Assembly: GCA_913041175.1 (NCBI GenBank)
Contig: CAJWGW010000002.1
Coordinates: 1 to 37,460 of the forward strand
DNA length: 37,460 bases
From: an uncultured bacterium
Lineage (GTDB): Bacteria; Patescibacteriota; Minisyncoccia; Phycocordibacterales; UBA2163
Direction: 5' to 3'
This document shows, one piece after another, positions 36,591 through 37,460 of this stretch. A program made the translations under genes and the position numbers. Positions within the stretch are counted from its first letter, which is position 1. The number at the start of each line of letters is the position of its first letter. Below the pieces are notes generated by a model that saw nothing but the letters and a program-made list of their open reading frames with translations, was not told the DNA's origin and ran no database searches.

Positions 36591-36713
36591 CTACTTGCGC
36601 TTCTTTTTGCTTTTTCTTTTTGCCAGCATTTCACGCTTTATCGCAAGTCGTTTTTTAGTTTTGTGAGATCTTGATGTTTTCCTTTTTTCTATCCCTGTTG
36701 CTCTTTTTGCCAT
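36591..36713 (-). CDS. 40-aa very basic small protein (not in the ORF track)
   Basis: MAKRATGIEKRKTSRSHKTKKRLAIKREMLAKRKSKKKRK (20/40 K+R). TATAAT lies 9 nt upstream. Fills the intergenic gap. Confidence 0.7.
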   Translation of the reverse strand: MAKRATGIEKRKTSRSHKTKKRLAIKREMLAKRKSKKKRK

Positions 36714-36736
36714 GATTTATATATTATACACTATTT

Positions 36737-36774
36737 GCTCCCCAAGCTGGACGCATTCAGAACTATAAACTGGA
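36737..36774 (+). repeat. att-like direct repeat copy 1 (start of an orphan recombinase tail running to 36815)
   Basis: GCTCCCCAAGCTGGACGCATTCAGAACTATAAACTGGA, 31/38 identical to 37378-37415. Confidence 0.75.
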
Positions 36775-36817
36775 GGATGGTTAAAAAGGAACTTGATACA
36801 CAACTTTTTAATTGACG

Positions 36818-37030
36818 CTAATTTGTAAAGAAATCTAATATATTTTCTGCAGTTTTTGTTCCGCTTTTATAAAATTCAGCATACCCACATTCTTTGCAGG
36901 TCAAACTAACAAACTTCAAATTTTGAATATTAAAGAGTTTTGTCCAAAATCCTCCAGCTGCTCTTAATTGACCAGTTTCAAATTCTATATTTTTGCACTT
37001 ACTGCATATGTATGAGTTTTCCATATTCAT
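36818..37030 (-). CDS. Zinc-ribbon protein (DUF2082-like)
   Basis: CSKC...GGFWTKLFNIQ...F..LTCKECGYAEFY...ILDFF. Confidence 0.85.
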   Translation of the reverse strand: MNMENSYICSKCKNIEFETGQLRAAGGFWTKLFNIQNLKFVSLTCKECGYAEFYKSGTKTAENILDFFTN

Positions 37031-37081
37031 TATTTAAATTTAATACTAAATTTAATACTTAGAATATATCACAAATTCTGA

Positions 37082-37456
37082 TGTATTACTAACGAAACAT
37101 ATGACAAAAAGCATAAAGAGCTTAAGGAAGAGCAGTATGATATTGAGCTACAACTTGAGGACTACACCAAGGCAGATGAAAGTTATCACATAACAGCTAA
37201 AACTGTATTATCTCTAGCTCAAAGAGCAGAAGAGTTGTTTGAAAGTTCTGAAGTTCCAGAGAAAAGGCAGATTTTGAAATTGTTACTTCAGAACCCGACT
37301 GTAAACGGAAAAAAGCTAGAGTTTTCAATAGCTTCTCCGTTCAATTTAGTACTAGAACTAGCTGATAGTCCTAACTGGCTCCCCACACTAGACGCGTTCA
37401 GAACTTTAGATTGGAAAAATATTCAAATAAAGCTAAATCAATTTACTATGATATAA
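37082..37456 (+). pseudogene. C-terminal remnant of a large serine recombinase
   Basis: Open frame without a start (TGA at 37079): ITNETYDKK..ELK..Q...TKADE.Y.ITA..VLSLA.RA.ELFESSEV.EKRQ.L..LLQN...GKKL...PF...WLP. No catalytic domain. Confidence 0.7.
37378..37415 (+). repeat. att-like direct repeat copy 2
   Basis: GCTCCCCACACTAGACGCGTTCAGAACTTTAGATTGGA. The minus strand ends ...GGGGAGCCA, like a tRNA 3' end. Confidence 0.75.
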
Positions 37457-37460
37457 TCAT

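Noticed and set aside
37376..37405. Functional tRNA at the att-like repeat
   Set aside because: Only the 3'-end-like GGGGAGCCA and a GTTC are present. No cloverleaf can be folded.
1..37460. CRISPR array or cas genes
   Set aside because: No regularly spaced 23-47 bp direct repeats and no Cas motifs were seen.
1..37460. Alternative genetic code (UGA=Gly, as in Gracilibacteria)
   Set aside because: Long genes are uninterrupted in code 11, and gdh ends at a TGA at its expected C-terminus.

Overview
AT-rich bacterial chromosome segment using the standard genetic code. Gene content and reduced architectures (hingeless SMC, minimal PheS/PheT, NusB-Nudix fusion, secG next to an orphan solute-binding protein) suggest a Patescibacteria/Parcubacteria (CPR) genome; this is an inference. 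Most of the window is housekeeping: khpA, tRNA-Ala, ddl, FKBP, secG, rnj, nth, dnaE, thrS, gyrB, pheST, smc, rnc, nusB, rpmF, rnhB, gdh, mreB, murA, priA, def, fmt, hpf. There is an accessory stretch downstream of tRNA-Ala (458-4199), two orphan cassettes flanking smc, and a serine-recombinase remnant at the right end. The most unusual signal is a pair of tandem ~80-nt candidate sRNA genes between priA and def. Each has its own extended -10 box, a 5' hairpin whose loop shows the anti-Shine-Dalgarno octamer CUCCUUUC, and an intrinsic terminator. They sit in a region where core genes look leaderless and strong SD sites are mostly confined to orphan genes. Other notable items: a MITE with 16-bp TIRs and a 6-bp TSD, a 53-aa collapsed uvrC remnant, palindromes inserted in-frame in dnaE and rnj, an unannotated 40-aa 50% K/R protein, and a duplicated recombinase C-terminal tail that begins at a tRNA-3'-end-like site. 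All calls come from reading the sequence by eye; no database searches were run.
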